This document shows, one piece after another, positions 46,401 through 59,622 of a stretch of DNA of 64,000 nucleotides (position 1 is the stretch's first letter; each line of letters opens with the position of its first letter). The stretch covers positions 8,990,001 to 9,054,000 of the forward strand of contig NC_047082.1 in assembly GCF_902459465.1 (NCBI RefSeq). The letters run 5' to 3'. The notes under the pieces are model-generated. The model ran no database searches, was not told where the DNA came from, and worked only from the letters and a program-made list of their open reading frames with translations. The DNA is from Asterias rubens (lineage: Eukaryota). The position numbers were made by a program, and so were the translations under genes.

Positions 46401-48464
46401 TTCTGGTGAACAAAATATGATGTTATCTGACTTTAAACTTCAAAACATGCGTTTCAGTATTGATCTGAATCCGATTCCTGTGAGGCCTAGCCCATTTGAG
46501 GGTCAGTTTTTGTTAACCACTTCCGGGTCATTCTGATCCAGAAATGATCCAGAGTCTCCTGGATCCAAAACCCGGGTCAATCTGACCCGCGAATGGTCGG
46601 AGCGTAATATACCAATTAATTTGTTATTAATACAAATAATTATGTGCAACTACTTGTTTTATTCTGGGTTTGTACAACTCAGCAGTGATCAAAATTAATT
46701 GCATGAAAATTACTCTAAAAATCGGATGTTTTAAAAATTAAAAACGTGAATTTCTTTGTGTTAATGGTGTGTGAAGCCTTGCATGGTGTGGAGAATTAGA
46801 GTACCTATAAATGTATATATGAATAGTAAACTTGCGGGTACAACCAAGTGTAGAATCTCCTTTGAAGGAGTGGTGGCTCTGAAAATGAGACAGTTTGGTC
46901 TCGACGTTTCGAAACAGTATACTCTAATCGTACCCACCAGTAGCGATGGAGAACATGCTGGGTGCTGACTTAGTAACAAAGACACCGTCCAACCATTCAG
47001 CGCGGACCCCATTCTGTGCAATCTTGTCCAGGGCCGGCATCTCGTACCCAAGACGGTCCCATCGGAGTCCATCCACGAGGAGAAATAGGATCTTCTCCTA
47101 AAAAAATGTTGATCAAAATAGTTCTCAAGATGTCGAATGACAGCATCATCTAAAAGGCAACTATTTATAGCTCATGCCTATAATATTGTAAAGCTGGACG
47201 TTACTTTAACAACATCCAAGAATTGTCAGGGACAGCACCAAATTGAAAGCAGTTGCAGCATAACCAGTGATTCTACATGGCCCGATTTCAAAGAGCTACC
47301 GAGCACAAAAAATTGCTCAGCATGAAATTTCTTCCTTTACTTGATAACAACAAAATTACCAACCAAATTTCTTTCTGTTGCATATTGCTTGTTACTGGTA
47401 TTCAGCTGTTGTTTGATCATCCTGAAAATCGCGTGGGCATTTGGTTGGTAGCCTAATCTTGTTTTATTAGGCACAAATTTCATGCTAAGCAAATATTTGT
47501 GCTTAGCATGAAATTGGGCCCTGGTGTACTATTTGAAGAGGCCGGGGGAAGTGTATTAAATCTAGTGTAGCATACAAGTTGGAGTTTGATTTCAAAATGA
47601 CGAACACGCGTGCAGCCATTGCTTATCCCAAAACGACTCTGAACCTTTTTCTGCCAGCTGTTTTTGTTTTTGCGAACTTTAGTCTAGCACCCTGACCCGA
47701 CGTACATGTTCATGTTTTGTAAATATTCTTATCAGAATAATGATCACACTTCTTAAAGGAACTGGGCACGTTTTGTAACTGTCAAAGGACTAGTGTTCTT
47801 CACTTGTGTGTATCCCCAAGATGCATACAAAACCATATCTGTGGGAATTTAGGCTCAGCTGGTCATCGAAGTTGTAAAAAAAAATGGGGGGGTACCCTTA
47901 TCGCAAAAATTGTGTGTGCTGTCAGATGCCTGAAAAGGGGGCTCCAGGCCCGAAGTCTTTATCGGACTTAATTATTTTAGTAAGAAATTATTTTGAGTAA
48001 TTACCAATAGGATCCAGTGCCTTAAACTGTTTGGAAATCAGTTCAACCCTGACCCGGCACAACTCAGCCCCAACTCCGTATTATGACATTGCATCGGGTA
48101 AAATAATAAAACAAAAAAATAGTTATTTTCGTCCAAGTATTGCCTTTTTCGGCTTCGGCTTCGGTGTCGGATTCGGCTCAGGCTAGCTAGGCCCCAGTTG
48201 TTTTGACTCTATGCGTGCTATGCGTGATATGCGTTCAGGGATTCAGACCAGCGAACGTTCGAGCCTGTAGTCGAGTCCAAAGCCAAAGCCGACGGAAAAC
48301 AGACTGATCTTTTACGCAACATACACAATATTGGTTCCTTATCACGTATAACCGACTTACGACACCCAGCAAGAATTACATGTACATACCGTTGGTGTTT
48401 TTTGTTGGCTGTTAACCAATGAAGTCAGAAGAACGAGTAGGCCTAGACAAAACGCCTTGTCCAT
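43467..48464 (-). CDS. ENPP7-like ectonucleotide pyrophosphatase/phosphodiesterase, paralogue A (438 aa; signal peptide, probable GPI/C-terminal anchor)
   Basis: Exons 48390-48464 (MDKAFCLGLLVLLTSLVNSQQKTPT|gtatgt), 46938-47097, 45762-46372, 45123-45263, 44110-44232, 43467-43673; 1317 nt in frame. Alkaline-phosphatase-superfamily metal motifs VDGLRWD, LDDALH, SDHGM, HGYDN...GPSF. GLYVESHGVVHN and HGYDNDDMTMKSLF resemble the ENPP7 subfamily. Hydrophobic C-terminus. Confidence 0.92.
44470..44965 (-). mobile_element. 3' fragment of an L2/CR1-group LINE in ENPP-A intron 4
   Basis: Minus frames read LQSVQNAAARLLTG...HISPILHNLHWLPIHSRIQYKIILLTFKAPHG and, after a frameshift, LYVPLTRLSSYGDRAFSNISPRLWNFLP...LKTHLFRLAF. 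This is the typical L2-type post-RT C-terminus. It ends in a (TAT)n tail. Confidence 0.88.
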
Positions 48465-49486
48465 CTTTATAGCGGCACTTAAAACTGTGTTGCGAATTGT
48501 GGGGACAAAACAGTAGCCTGGGTCCAAGACGTCACTATCTCATACTTATGTATCGTGATACCTCGACAGAGGGCGCGCTTTGCTCTTGAAATCATTTTCG
48601 GTTGACACTGTCGGGGTGCATTTATTAGGCCTACAACTAAATAAACTACCATAATAACCAATGCCAATTAATGCTACATTATTTCAAAATATTTAAAGTG
48701 TCTCAGTCTCTTGAAAATCAGATATTTTTTCAAACAATTCCAGATTTCTTTCTTAATTTTTGGTAGGTCAGCAGTTTGGAGTTTTTGCTAATAATAATTA
48801 CATGAAGAAAAAAACACCCTCGAAAATAATTATTATTTTTTTTTTCCCAAACCTACTCGCTGTCAGTTTCCATGAGGCATTCCTCCCCTTCCCACGCCAA
48901 AATAAGTAACTTTAAAGCTTAATACAAAAATTATCAAAAGTTGATGAAGCACAGAACCACCCCCCCCCCCCCCTCCCCTCCCAACGTTCGGATAGATGAT
49001 TATCATTTACACAGCCTATTAATTGCATGACAATAAAAACGTTCTTATTCAACACATTTTGAGGGCCTCCCTACGCATTATGATAGTCAGCTTGGAACCA
49101 CTGTGCGTGAAACACTCAACTCTAAGCCAATCAAAAGCCAGTATGGGTGTTATAAAAATATAATTATGTTTATCGATATTGCCTGGTAACTGGAGGCGGT
49201 TCGAATCATAACTATTATATCTTATAGCTCTGTACTTTGATTGTCAAACCATGGGCTGTGATGATGTTGCGAAAGAAAGGTCTGTATTAATAATTAATAA
49301 ACCCATAATATTAACAACTGCGCGTGCGCACCTCAGCATGTTGCACGGGTTTTTCCCATGAACTTGCAATTATAATTGCCCTTTCCACGCAATAAGAGAA
49401 CATTTTTACTCTGACTCTCCATCGAAGGCAGAACGTTTTCCGTTGGTGTTTTCTATTTTTCATAAAATTCAACCAAGACTGGGAAA

Positions 49487-50320
49487 ATGGCCTCATCAAA
49501 ACTGTCATCCGAGTTCTCTGAGCTGAAATTTGTGGGTGAAGGGGCCTTCGGCAAGGTCTATCGTGGTAAGGAGAAATCCTCGGGAAAGATCTGCGCTCTG
49601 AAGGTTTTAGCAGGATCCATATCAGCTAATCAGAGAGAAATCGACGCGCTTCAGCAAATCCCTGCGCATGAAAACATCGTTAAGTATATAAGATTATTCT
49701 TCACTGAAAACCAAGAGTTGTGTTTGGTGATGGAGTACTGCAGTGGTGGTACTCTGAATAAATATTTGGTGTCCCATCGTGAACTAGAGCCAAGTCGTGA
49801 TCTTCGCTTCATGAGGCAAATCGCCTCTGCCGTTGCCTTTCTGCATCGCTTTGGCGTAGCCCATCGTGACTTGAAACCGGATAACATTTTACTCTCCGAC
49901 AATGGTACCTTGAAAGTTGCTGATTTCGGTTTGGCCAAGATTATTACCGATTCAAAAGGCGGCGGCAATCTGCTCGGTTACTACATGGGCACAAAATGCG
50001 GCACTCCTTATTTCACGGCACCAGAAGTGCGCTCGGGGCACTACACCGTCAAATCAGATGTGTTTTCTATGGGGGTTATTTTTGCCTGCATTTTGCAACG
50101 TACAGTGATATCAACAGCCCGCGATGGGGACAAAGCAGTCGCTTTACTCTCCACAAAGCCGATCGGAGAAGCTTTGTGCCTCGACCCGTCGACCAAGTTC
50201 TTACTTCCAAAGGACCTCAACATCAGCCAAGAAATTCGCACTTTGGTTGAACGGATGCTAGAGTGCTCTCCGAGCGATCGTCCGGCTGCTGATGGAGTAA
50301 AGTCTAAACTTGGTGCGTAG
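49487..50320 (+). CDS. Intronless Ser/Thr protein kinase, STK35/PDIK1L-like (277 aa)
   Basis: Single ORF with a strong start context (aaaATGg) and all catalytic motifs: GEGAFG, ALK, alphaC Glu, HRDLKPDN, DFG, APE, KSDVFSMG, terminal DRP. The activation segment YYMGTKCGTPYFTAPEVRSGHYTVKSD resembles STK35/PDIK1L (YMSSACG...APEVWEGHYT.K.D); the family call is from memory. Confidence 0.9.
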   Translation: MASSKLSSEFSELKFVGEGAFGKVYRGKEKSSGKICALKVLAGSISANQREIDALQQIPAHENIVKYIRLFFTENQELCLVMEYCSGGTLNKYLVSHRELEPSRDLRFMRQIASAVAFLHRFGVAHRDLKPDNILLSDNGTLKVADFGLAKIITDSKGGGNLLGYYMGTKCGTPYFTAPEVRSGHYTVKSDVFSMGVIFACILQRTVISTARDGDKAVALLSTKPIGEALCLDPSTKFLLPKDLNISQEIRTLVERMLECSPSDRPAADGVKSKLGA

Positions 50321-51347
50321 AGGGGGGGAGTTGGAGCCTGGAGTCTTATTAGGTGAGTAACTATTTAAACACACTATAGGAAGAAATATGAGGAAATTAT
50401 ACATACTTGGCAACCCTTACACCGATAATTTAACAGTACTACATGATCATGTGTTTCACGATCGGTGCTTGGAGGGTGTGGCTAATGGCTTCTTGTGTGG
50501 AATTGAACTCACAGTATGTGCACAACCCCCTAATCTAGAGCAATCTCCAATTCAATTCGTAGTACACTATAAGCAATGATAATATGATACTGATGATACC
50601 AATATAAAAAGTGAGTATCAAACAAGGCTACGATAGGCTTAGGCTTGATGTGGGGAACCGCCCTAGATACAAAACAAGTTAACAAAGACAAACAAACAAA
50701 CAACCAAACAAACAAACAAAACAAAAACGGACATGATAGAATGACCGCCGGACCGGGCGTGTCCGGTGTCGAAAAACAAACCAAATAAGAATCCTAGTAT
50801 GTGCAAAGGGGTAGAGCAAATTATATTGCATATGGAGGGTTAATAATTTGCAATGATTCCATGTTGTTTTCTGGTTTGGTTGTTTACAGTAAATCATCCA
50901 CTCTACTATTGCGAAGAACAGCTATACCGACTCCAAGATTAAACTAGAGAGGAGACTGCGTAGTCAAGATGGCTGATTCCTCAGAGCCCCACAGTCGTGT
51001 TGGAGTTTTATTATTTAGCGTATGGCTATTAGAAACTCAGATATAATCATGCTAACTCATTAATACTAACTGTTAAAGGACGTATTTAACTTGTTCTTGT
51101 TCAATTAGAACACAACAAATAAAGTCATTGTTTATCGTTTTCATTATGACTGTGTTAAATAATTTGCCACAACTTGCTTGAAATACATCAATTAAAATCT
51201 TAATTATTGAAAATAAAATACACCAGTCCAACAAAACAAGAAAAGAAAAAAAACTAAATTTATTTACGCCCAATTCACCTGTAGTGCGTTGCCTATAATT
51301 TGTCCGAAGAAATATGGCTATAATGAATCTAGTGTGAATAATGTGTT

Positions 51348-51576
51348 ACAGTGGTCCAGTGATTAGAGTATAAATGACTTGCAATAACAAGGTTGTGGGT
51401 TCGAATCCTGCCAAGCTAACCACTGATTTCACACTGACTAGGATAAGTATTGTCAATTGTGTTACTGAATCACAAGTTATTTATTTGTGCAATGATCACA
51501 AACGGTAAACATTGTTTGTATGAAAGAGATTGGCTGTTGACAGTTTTTGTCCCCTTGTGGGCTTTGCCAAGTTCCC
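51348..51576 (+). mobile_element. Second tRNA-derived SINE family (homologous copy at about 32805-33060)
   Basis: gtggtccagtgattagag...gacttgcaataacaaggttgtgggttcgaatcc, followed by a non-tRNA body shared with the 32.8-kb copy. Confidence 0.7.
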
Positions 51577-51924
51577 TTAAAGGGAAGGTACACGTTTGGT
51601 AGTTACTCAAAACAAATATTAACCTAAAAACTGACTTGGTAATGACTCGGGCATTGGAGAGCTGTTGATAGTATAAAACATTGTGGGAAACAACTCCCTC
51701 TGAAGTAACGTAGTTTTCGAGAAAGAGGTTATTTCTCACTAAAATAATAAAAGACTTCTAGCTAGAAGTCCAACAAGGGTGTCTTTTCTTTCATCATTTT
51801 CTCGCAACTTTGATGACCGATTGAGCCCAAATTTTCACAGGCTTATTATTTTATGCTTATGATGGGATACACTAAGTGAGAAGACTGCTCTTTGACAATT
51901 ACCAAACGTGTACCTTCCCTTCAA
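51577..51924. mobile_element. T2/Kolobok-type MITE, subfamily with gggaaggtacacgtttgg termini
   Basis: ttaaagggaaggtacacgtttggtagttactc ... ttaccaaacgtgtaccttccct; internals shared with family A. Confidence 0.85.
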
Positions 51925-52149
51925 CGGGAAAATCATAAACAAACAAACCTCAGATTGTTAGTGTACACAAGAAGTCAACAATTTCTCGATTTTGCAAAAC
52001 ATTAGTGCGATATAGTCCTAAATTCCAAATTCTAATTATACTGAATACATTTTCTGGTGAAAAACGCAGTCATAATAGTTTGTATAGTAGTCCTTATGTT
52101 TGTTGTAGAATTTGAAATATTGCATGGTGGAAGTAGAGAGGCTTGCGAT

Positions 52150-52300
52150 AACACCATTCTCCTGAAGACGATCCGAGCATACTGGTCGAAACGTTGTGTC
52201 GATAACCACCGGTTCTTTTCAGAACCAACACTACTCAAAAGATACACATGGTGGTACCGCGAACCTCTCTTCGTGTATTTTGTAGATTTATTAAATAGTG
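52150..52300 (+). mobile_element. Penelope-like element terminal remnant containing a hammerhead-ribozyme-like core
   Basis: tctcCTGAAGAc-gatc-loop-ggtc-GAAACGTt at 52158-52195. Related gtcgaaacgtc remnants at about 35035, 36655, 46895 and 53910. Confidence 0.55.
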
Positions 52301-52759
52301 TAGTAATTCGTAACCTTATTACTACATGTATGCATTTGCAATAAGTAGTAAACCTTTGTGAGAATAGTAAGCACATTTATGTGTTGTTTTATTATTGTCA
52401 TATTAGTTAGTTACTCATAAATAAAACGTCATTGTAATAATAGTTGATATAGGTTTTCTCGGTCAAATTCGGCAAATGACCAGTCAATTTCATTTTTATG
52501 CGTTCGAATTAAAGCTGTTTTGCCTCTCCGGTTGTTACTGCGTTTCAGAATTCCGACGTCGGCCATTCAATTTCGTTTTGAGTCCAGTCAAATTCCTTTA
52601 GCACTCTGTTCAACTTAGCGTATCGTCATTCTTTTTCGTGACACACGCCTCAAGAAGCATCTGCGAATTTGAATGCTGCTTTGATGAATTGTTAAATTGA
52701 ATAATTATTTTGTTAAATCGAATGACGCAACATTACATTTGACTAATCATAAAACGAAA

Positions 52760-53310
52760 TTCATAAATACCTCAGACAGTTTCGCTATTCATATTGGTGG
52801 AGAGCGCGTCACGTGGGTGTGTATAAACCTTTGTTTATGACCAGTAAAAAGTGTTGAAACATGGGTGTGACAGGCCTTCTTGCACCTGTTCTTATAAGAC
52901 AGTTTCTTCATTCCTATTGGTCGAGAGCAACGGCTGAAACAGTTGTGCCACATCACGCGATACGCGCGACGCGCACAGCATTCCCTTATAAGGAGTTGTT
53001 TACCCGATCGGGCCGAGGGCCTTACCATTTCATCTGGAGGGGTCTTGTGTTGAAAGAAATCATTGAACAATTGTATTTTTGGCATTTATTTAACTTTTTG
53101 ACCAAAGTGTGGATGTTTTTTTACCAAAAAGGTATTTATGAATGTGAATCAACGTGTGTTGAATCGGTTTTCAATAGTGGTTTATACTTGCCGAGGCCTG
53201 GTTCTTAATAATCTACCTCGACTTTGTCGGTAAAAATTATTATCAAGAACCAGGCCTCGTTGGGATTAAACCACTAGTTGAAAACCTCTTCACCACACAT
53301 TGATTCCCTT
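52760..53310. repeat. Interspersed repeat with internal palindromes; its end is shared in inverted orientation with 19620-19715
   Basis: ttcataaatacctcagacagtttcgctattc.tattggtggagagcgcgtcacgtgg matches the reverse complement of 19620-19715. Inverted cgaggcctggttctt at about 53192 and 53268. Confidence 0.65.
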
Positions 53311-55749
53311 ATTGAATGACCTTTTTCAGTAGCATTCGATTTCACGCAAAATAGAATAGCTTTTTGGTTAAATTGGCTGCTCATTTGCCGTTTATAATTT
53401 CACAGAAAATTTATCCATCAGAGGTGCATGCATTTTAGTATAGATGAAGCTGTTAATGATTACAAGAAAAGAGCTGCATGTGGAGTAATTTATTAATCTT
53501 TATCGGAATATAAACACATCATTTGCAATACGTATTAATGTGCAGTATATACATGTTAATATTGGGCAGTATGATAATGTTCATGCACAAATCCAGTGAT
53601 CAAAGATAAACATGGCTACCTTGGTAACACACCAGCCTATTCCACAACAGATCAATGAGACACACGGTTCGTTGATTCCTACTTATAATAAAGTATGCAA
53701 ACAAAACTCACACCCATGAGCCGCAAATTCTGACTATTCGTGATTAGGGTATAAGCATTGCCGACAAGTTCCTTTTCTTTGTGTCTTTTATAGTTTTCTA
53801 ATCATTATTGCAAAATAGTATTAGCTGTTGCAAACTGCTTAGCAATCGAAATGACCTAGCCTATGGTATAAACGCACACACAAAATAGTTTTAACTAAAA
53901 TGGCCTGCTGACACTTCGACCCTAGCAGAGTATTTTTCGAATAATTAGTGAGAAGTAATTCTTGAACTGAGAATCGGTGCTAGGGCTATGTTGGGCCAGT
54001 TGTAGTCAATTCCACGCAAAGTTCGACCATAGACCAAGGTATAGACTGACATCCAGGGCGACTATGGTTAAGTCTAGTTGACTTCAGCCCCCCCCCCCCC
54101 CTGTTCTTGCGCAATAATCGACTCACTCTGGGGGAAAACCTGAATGTATGTAACGTCTATTTTTGGTTTCCGGGTGAAGAGACGTTCTTTATTCAATTTT
54201 ATTTAAAACTCCATTGATTTTCAAATTTGTTTGTATATGAACAGACTCAGAGGTAATTTCGACAAATGAATGCCTTTAAGGTTAGATTTTCATTAGCATT
54301 AAACCGACTGTGTCATCAATATAATGTCTCATTATTTAAGGCGGTAGTTAGTTGTAACCCCCCCCCCCCCTCCCCTCACTTCTCTCCCCACCAACACCTT
54401 CCGCGTAATTTAAAAACAGAACTTAATGTTCTGTTTTTATCTCAAGAAAACATTCTGATCGAACATCAGATGGACGGTGATCATGTTTGGTTACAAAAAC
54501 AAGTATTAGTTGTTCTTTTGTTCATCTAATGTCCCCCTTTTCTGTAGTCGTCAGAGATTCATTGCACTTTTTTTTTGAAAAAATGAAACGGTGGTGTATG
54601 TTGAAGAAACAACGGTTGCATTAAAACGACTGGGTGAATACTCACAGATAAACTTGTAACTGAAGAAAAAACAATGATGATTTTCCTAATATCACATTTC
54701 AGAATATACAAAGCGAAGTTGAGGTCAATGTAGACCATTCCATTTTGATAAGCAAACCGAACCGGGTGGCATGGACGGCCAAAATGTTAGTAAAACACTC
54801 AATCGTGTTAAAAGATACTTTAACCAAGTTCAACATTTTCAGTTTAAACAAAAATCCTCCCACGATTGGTTGTTTTGTTTCATTGTCAATATTATTGTTA
54901 CAAACAGTATAGCTATCTATTTTTGTTTTTGCGTTTATTGCTTTAAAAGTTTTCCAACCGCGGTTGGCCAAAAAAAAAACGAGCTGATGTGATGTTGCAA
55001 TAGCTGGTTGCGTGCTTGTGGGTTTTTCCTCCCATTTCAACATTACGTGCGGGAAATACCTAGTTGCCGTAAATAAAAACAAGGTTGATGGGCTGTTGGC
55101 GTATTTTTTCCCCAGGACAGATGAGGCCACTCACCATATGGGCGCATGCTAAGTGGCCTCATCTGTCCTCGTGGGGATCTGTCCTGGGGAAAAAAATACG
55201 CGGGCTGCGTCATGTGAATTAGACTTGATGACAAGTCGTTAGGCGCTGCCTATTTGTCTGCCGTTCATGCAACAGTCACAGTGCGATTATACACATGCAA
55301 CAGTCGTAGGTAGCGCGTGGGCAGCTCTTGACTCACACACACATACTGGGATCGAGGGTGTATGTATCGTCCCCGTAGCTACACCGCGCTGTAACTACAC
55401 ACCGCGCTTAACAATTACCGTCTTGACTTCAAGACTACATGTGAATAGACCATGCCAATGATGGACACAATACACCCAGGATATCACACAACAGTCACTG
55501 GTGTTTTTAAGGATCCTGGTCTGACATACGTATTTTTATTATGTTCAAGGTACGTCCCGCACTTGAATTGCTTCAACAACATAAATCCATCACAGCCAAA
55601 ACAATAACCAAACAAAGAGCACTTATTATGAAATCGAGTCAAGTTTCATTAGCAATAACTAGTTACTCTCTTTAAACAAACAAAAGTAAATATTCGTCCG
55701 TGTTGCTGCCGCATAACTCCCGCTCGTTGTTAAGGAGTATTTATCATAT

Positions 55750-58700
55750 TCATTTTATCATCATAACGTTATAAAATGAAAACAAAACAACACCAAACAC
55801 AATGTCCAAATTCATCCCTGTAGTAGTCGTACCACTACACAATGGTGGTTCTGTATGTGGGCGTGTCGGGAGGTTCGTAGGGGGGTGCTCTGACGTCAGC
55901 ATATCATTGTAGTTCTCCCTGGAGCCATTGTTTGGAGCTGGCACGATGCCAAGTATCTCACACATCAACGGGTATATATTCACCTGGGGAGCGGGGAAAT
56001 AAAATCAACGACAGGTTGAGCTGCCGAAAAATGGCATAATAGACCTTTATCATATACTGCCACCAGTACTGGTCTTGTTCCCTGTATCCAATTACAGTAA
56101 TTGAATGCTGTATTTTCATTATAAAAAGAAAGGAACCAGACTATTTCCCCTTCCAGCCTCGGTTTGGTTACATTGATTTGAATGGGAGAATATCAAGATG
56201 GCCGCACCATGATAAGTTTTTGCAGGTTGCTTCCAAGCTAGCTAGCTGCCAAGTTGTCGACAAACACAAATCCTTATAAGGTGCTAATTAATTGGGTCTC
56301 AGAATTCATCACTGCTATAACACAATCTTTTTGAAAGTTTGTATATACTCAGCGCCTTGAGTACCTTGTTTTGGTAGTTACGTGCGCTATATAAGACTTC
56401 GATATTATTAATAATGAGTAGGGTAGATCGTTAGCTTTCGATCCACACCGGACCTTCTGCAGAGGCATAAAACAACTACAAACAATTACATGTCATTTAA
56501 AGTAAAAGGGAGGGGAAGAGATTAAGGGAAGGATCCAGAAAGAAGCGGGACAATTATAGCCAATTTAAGTTTCTATTTCAGAAACAATTGGTGGCTATGA
56601 ACCAATAGGAGTAAAGTGGTGAGGACAAATGATTACTTCGATATATTAATATTATTATTAGTATTAGCACTAGTTTGATACGACATTACCGATTCGAAGT
56701 GTTTGGCCAGGTATCGTCTCTTGAAACTGGGTCCAAGGGCGTAGAATGAAGACTTCATCGTCATCTCCTCATTGTCGAAACCATGGTCAGCAATCGCAGC
56801 TATTGTTGCGAACCTTTTCTGTTTGTAAGTATAAAACAAACAACATTATTAACATTTAATATCAGGTTTTAGTAAAGTTTAAACATTAAATGAGCAGTGG
56901 TGTAAATGGTGGGAACGTGCCCCCTTGACTTCCTTGGCCCCGCCCCGTTTGGAATCTGGGCTTTTGAGATTGAAAATTACGTGAAAGTAAACTGTTAAAT
57001 CTTATGCTTTTTCAAATGTGATAATTTCAATATTTTAAAAGCTATTGCGTATGCAGTCAATGTATTTGTTGTTTACATCCAAGTCAGATTATCTGTTATT
57101 CAGATACAAATTTGCATAACAGGAGTCCTAAAAAGTTTTTTTTATAAAGGATATAAGGTAAACGGAAACTTGGTAATAAGTGCCCTAGGAAAAAAAAGTG
57201 TAGTCCTTCTGCCGCCCCTTCACTTTTCCTCTGGTTTATCAGCTTCTAGAAAATCCACCGCGGTTTACTCCTTGTTGGTCCGAAGATATGATACGGAGAG
57301 AAGTAACTGTCAGTATTCCTATAATTCCACGTACAGTAACCGCCTGCGTTGAGTATGACAACACCGTCCCTTTAAAGTGTTGTGCATTAGAGATGCTAAC
57401 AAGTCAACTGATTTAAAACATTTTAAGCTATACAGTGTACAACAAGTTTGCTCTCTCCTACCGTTAGGCAAGTCCATGTTGGATCCACATAGCCAATTAT
57501 TGGAAGGTTTCTTGGATTGTTGGCATAGTGCAATCTCTCTGGAAACTCTTCTTTCTTATAAACATACAATGCAGGATGAGCATTCTTCAGTCCGTTATAA
57601 ATCTGTCGAGTGTAAATCAAAAGTCAAAGAAACATTACATAATTGGTAAGAACAAAACTCGTCTAAGATCACAGACTTACTTATAACTTACACGGTCTAA
57701 TAATTATGATAGTATAAATCATCCGTTGAAATATTTATGTCTGAAATGTCATACTTGATGAGAAATAGATACAACTAATTTCCCGTTTATCGCTCAGTGG
57801 GCGATTTATTCACTATGCGTTGTTTGGACTGAAATTACTAAAAAATAATCGCTGTCGCAACTATCTCAACACACAGATCTGAACGTACCTCATCAAGGGC
57901 GCCATCTACCGGTTTAATCTGAAATACTGGACCTCTGTTAGCAAAGATGAATTCCACCTTGGTCTCATTGATGTAGTCATACAAGTAGATGGTCTTCTTG
58001 AACGGCATCTTTGCCATCCCATGATCGCTAGTCAGGATCAAGTTCAGCGTATCCTTGACGTCATCGCTCTTCATCTTGTCCTTCAAGATGTACGATATCA
58101 AGTCATTGACGTCATCCACGATGCTCTCTGTGTATGAACTGAAGCCCGTGAAGTGAAGAGCGTTGTCAATAACCTCAAGGTGGAATAAGACAACATCCAA
58201 GTCATCTTCTCCGTAGAGCCAGTCAAAGATGGCGTCCACCCTGTCCGTAAGATTCTTATACTGTTCCCTAGACTCCGTGGAGGACACCTGCCAGCGGGTA
58301 GGTTGCTGGCCGCCAATTGGAACCTGCCCCCCTGGGTACATAAATGTGCCTGCTTTGAGCCCTTGCGACTCGGCCGTGATCCAGATTGGTTCCCCACCTC
58401 CATTGAACCACTCGGTGTTGTTAAGACCCTCTAGGTAACCAGGGTCAATCTGTTTTGTTTCTGGGTCGAAAGCTTGGTTGTGCATAACACCGTGGCTCTC
58501 AACGTACAAACCTGTTGGGAGTATTATTAACAATAATATTATCTCACTTTAACGTTTAAAATCATTTTCTATCAGTGGGTGCGTTCGATAAGCTTCCCTG
58601 GGTCGACCCCGCGGTGCTCACTCGGGTGAGCCCCCGACAAGAGTGAATCGAACGATCACTCGTGATTCACCTCGGGTCAGCCCCAAGTGACCCACTCCAC

Positions 58701-59622
58701 AAGCAGGGCACTGGGGGCTGACCCGGGTGAGCCCCTGGAATGACGTCAAAACTATTCGACTAACCGGGGGAAGTAAACCAGGGTCGACCAAGGAAAGCTA
58801 ATCGAACGCACCCTTGTATATTTTGTTGAGGTTGAAGAAAGAACTATTTACTGGAGCGGGACATTCTAGCAATAAATAACTACCAAAAACCGTCAATGCC
58901 TTCAAGTTACTCATACGAACCTGTAGCTATGGACATCATGCTTGGTGAAGACACGGTGATAAAGACAGGATCGGTCCATTCTGCTCTGACGCCATTTTCT
59001 TGAATGATATCAAGAGATGGGATGTCAAATCCTAATCTATCCCATCGTAGACCGTCGACTAGCATAAGCAAAACCTTCTCCTAAATAGATGTACAAAAAC
59101 ACCAAACTCAAAAATGCTGACTTTTGTATGTGACAAGTATAAAGCATGCCCCTTCGGGTGCTCCCATTCTATGAAGACATCAAACAAGCTTCGTCTCTGT
59201 CTTCACGTACAGACCACGGTCGTTGACATTACCACAACATTAAATACTACAAATAATAATGCCGAAGCTGTCACGACAATGAGGCGCATTTGACTTTTTG
59301 TATTACCATTATGGTTCAAGCTATGAATCCAGCTCGTTGTTAGGAAAGCAGCCCCTTTCTACATTTAGTTAATAGTTTCACGACAACGAACACAAATAGA
59401 ACAACCAAAACGTGGTGATGGTGCACCATTTGTCACGCATTGCGAAACCCACGTCTAGCAAGGGCTATTGAGGGCGAGTGAGAAGTATTTGGTTGGATTG
59501 TTCGTTTATTCAAAGATCACCAAAATGTTACAGATGTGAAAATGATGAGCAATACTTACTTTAGCAGTCACTAAATGGAAGATGGTTATCAGTAGAGCAA
59601 ACCAAGCCAGGCGATACATCAT
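55750..59622 (-). CDS. ENPP7-like ectonucleotide pyrophosphatase/phosphodiesterase, paralogue B (449 aa; signal peptide, probable GPI/C-terminal anchor)
   Basis: Exons 59560-59622 (MMYRLAWFALLITIFHLVTAK|gtaagt), 58921-59080, 57889-58511, 57462-57602, 56690-56818, 55750-55983; 1350 nt in frame. Motifs VDGLRWD, IDNALH, SDHGM, HGFDN...GPSF. Same intron positions as paralogue A. Confidence 0.93.
58577..58813. mobile_element. GC-rich palindromic MITE (gggtgcgttcga...tcgaacgcaccc)
   Basis: Inverted termini and internal gacccggg/cccggg palindromes, inside ENPP-B intron 2. Confidence 0.8.

Noticed and set aside
47205-47261. Alternative ENPP-A first exon ending aaa|gtaacg
   Set aside because: It contains an in-frame TGA in the required phase.
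48479-48667. Hydrophobic ORF MALVIMVVYLVVGLINA as the ENPP-A signal exon
   Set aside because: It starts at TTG and has no good phase-0 donor. The exon 48390-48464 has ATG, a signal peptide and GTATGT in the right phase.
52400-52700. Possible Crypton/tyrosine-recombinase element remnant
   Set aside because: Only short broken frames with no diagnostic residues, so it cannot be supported.
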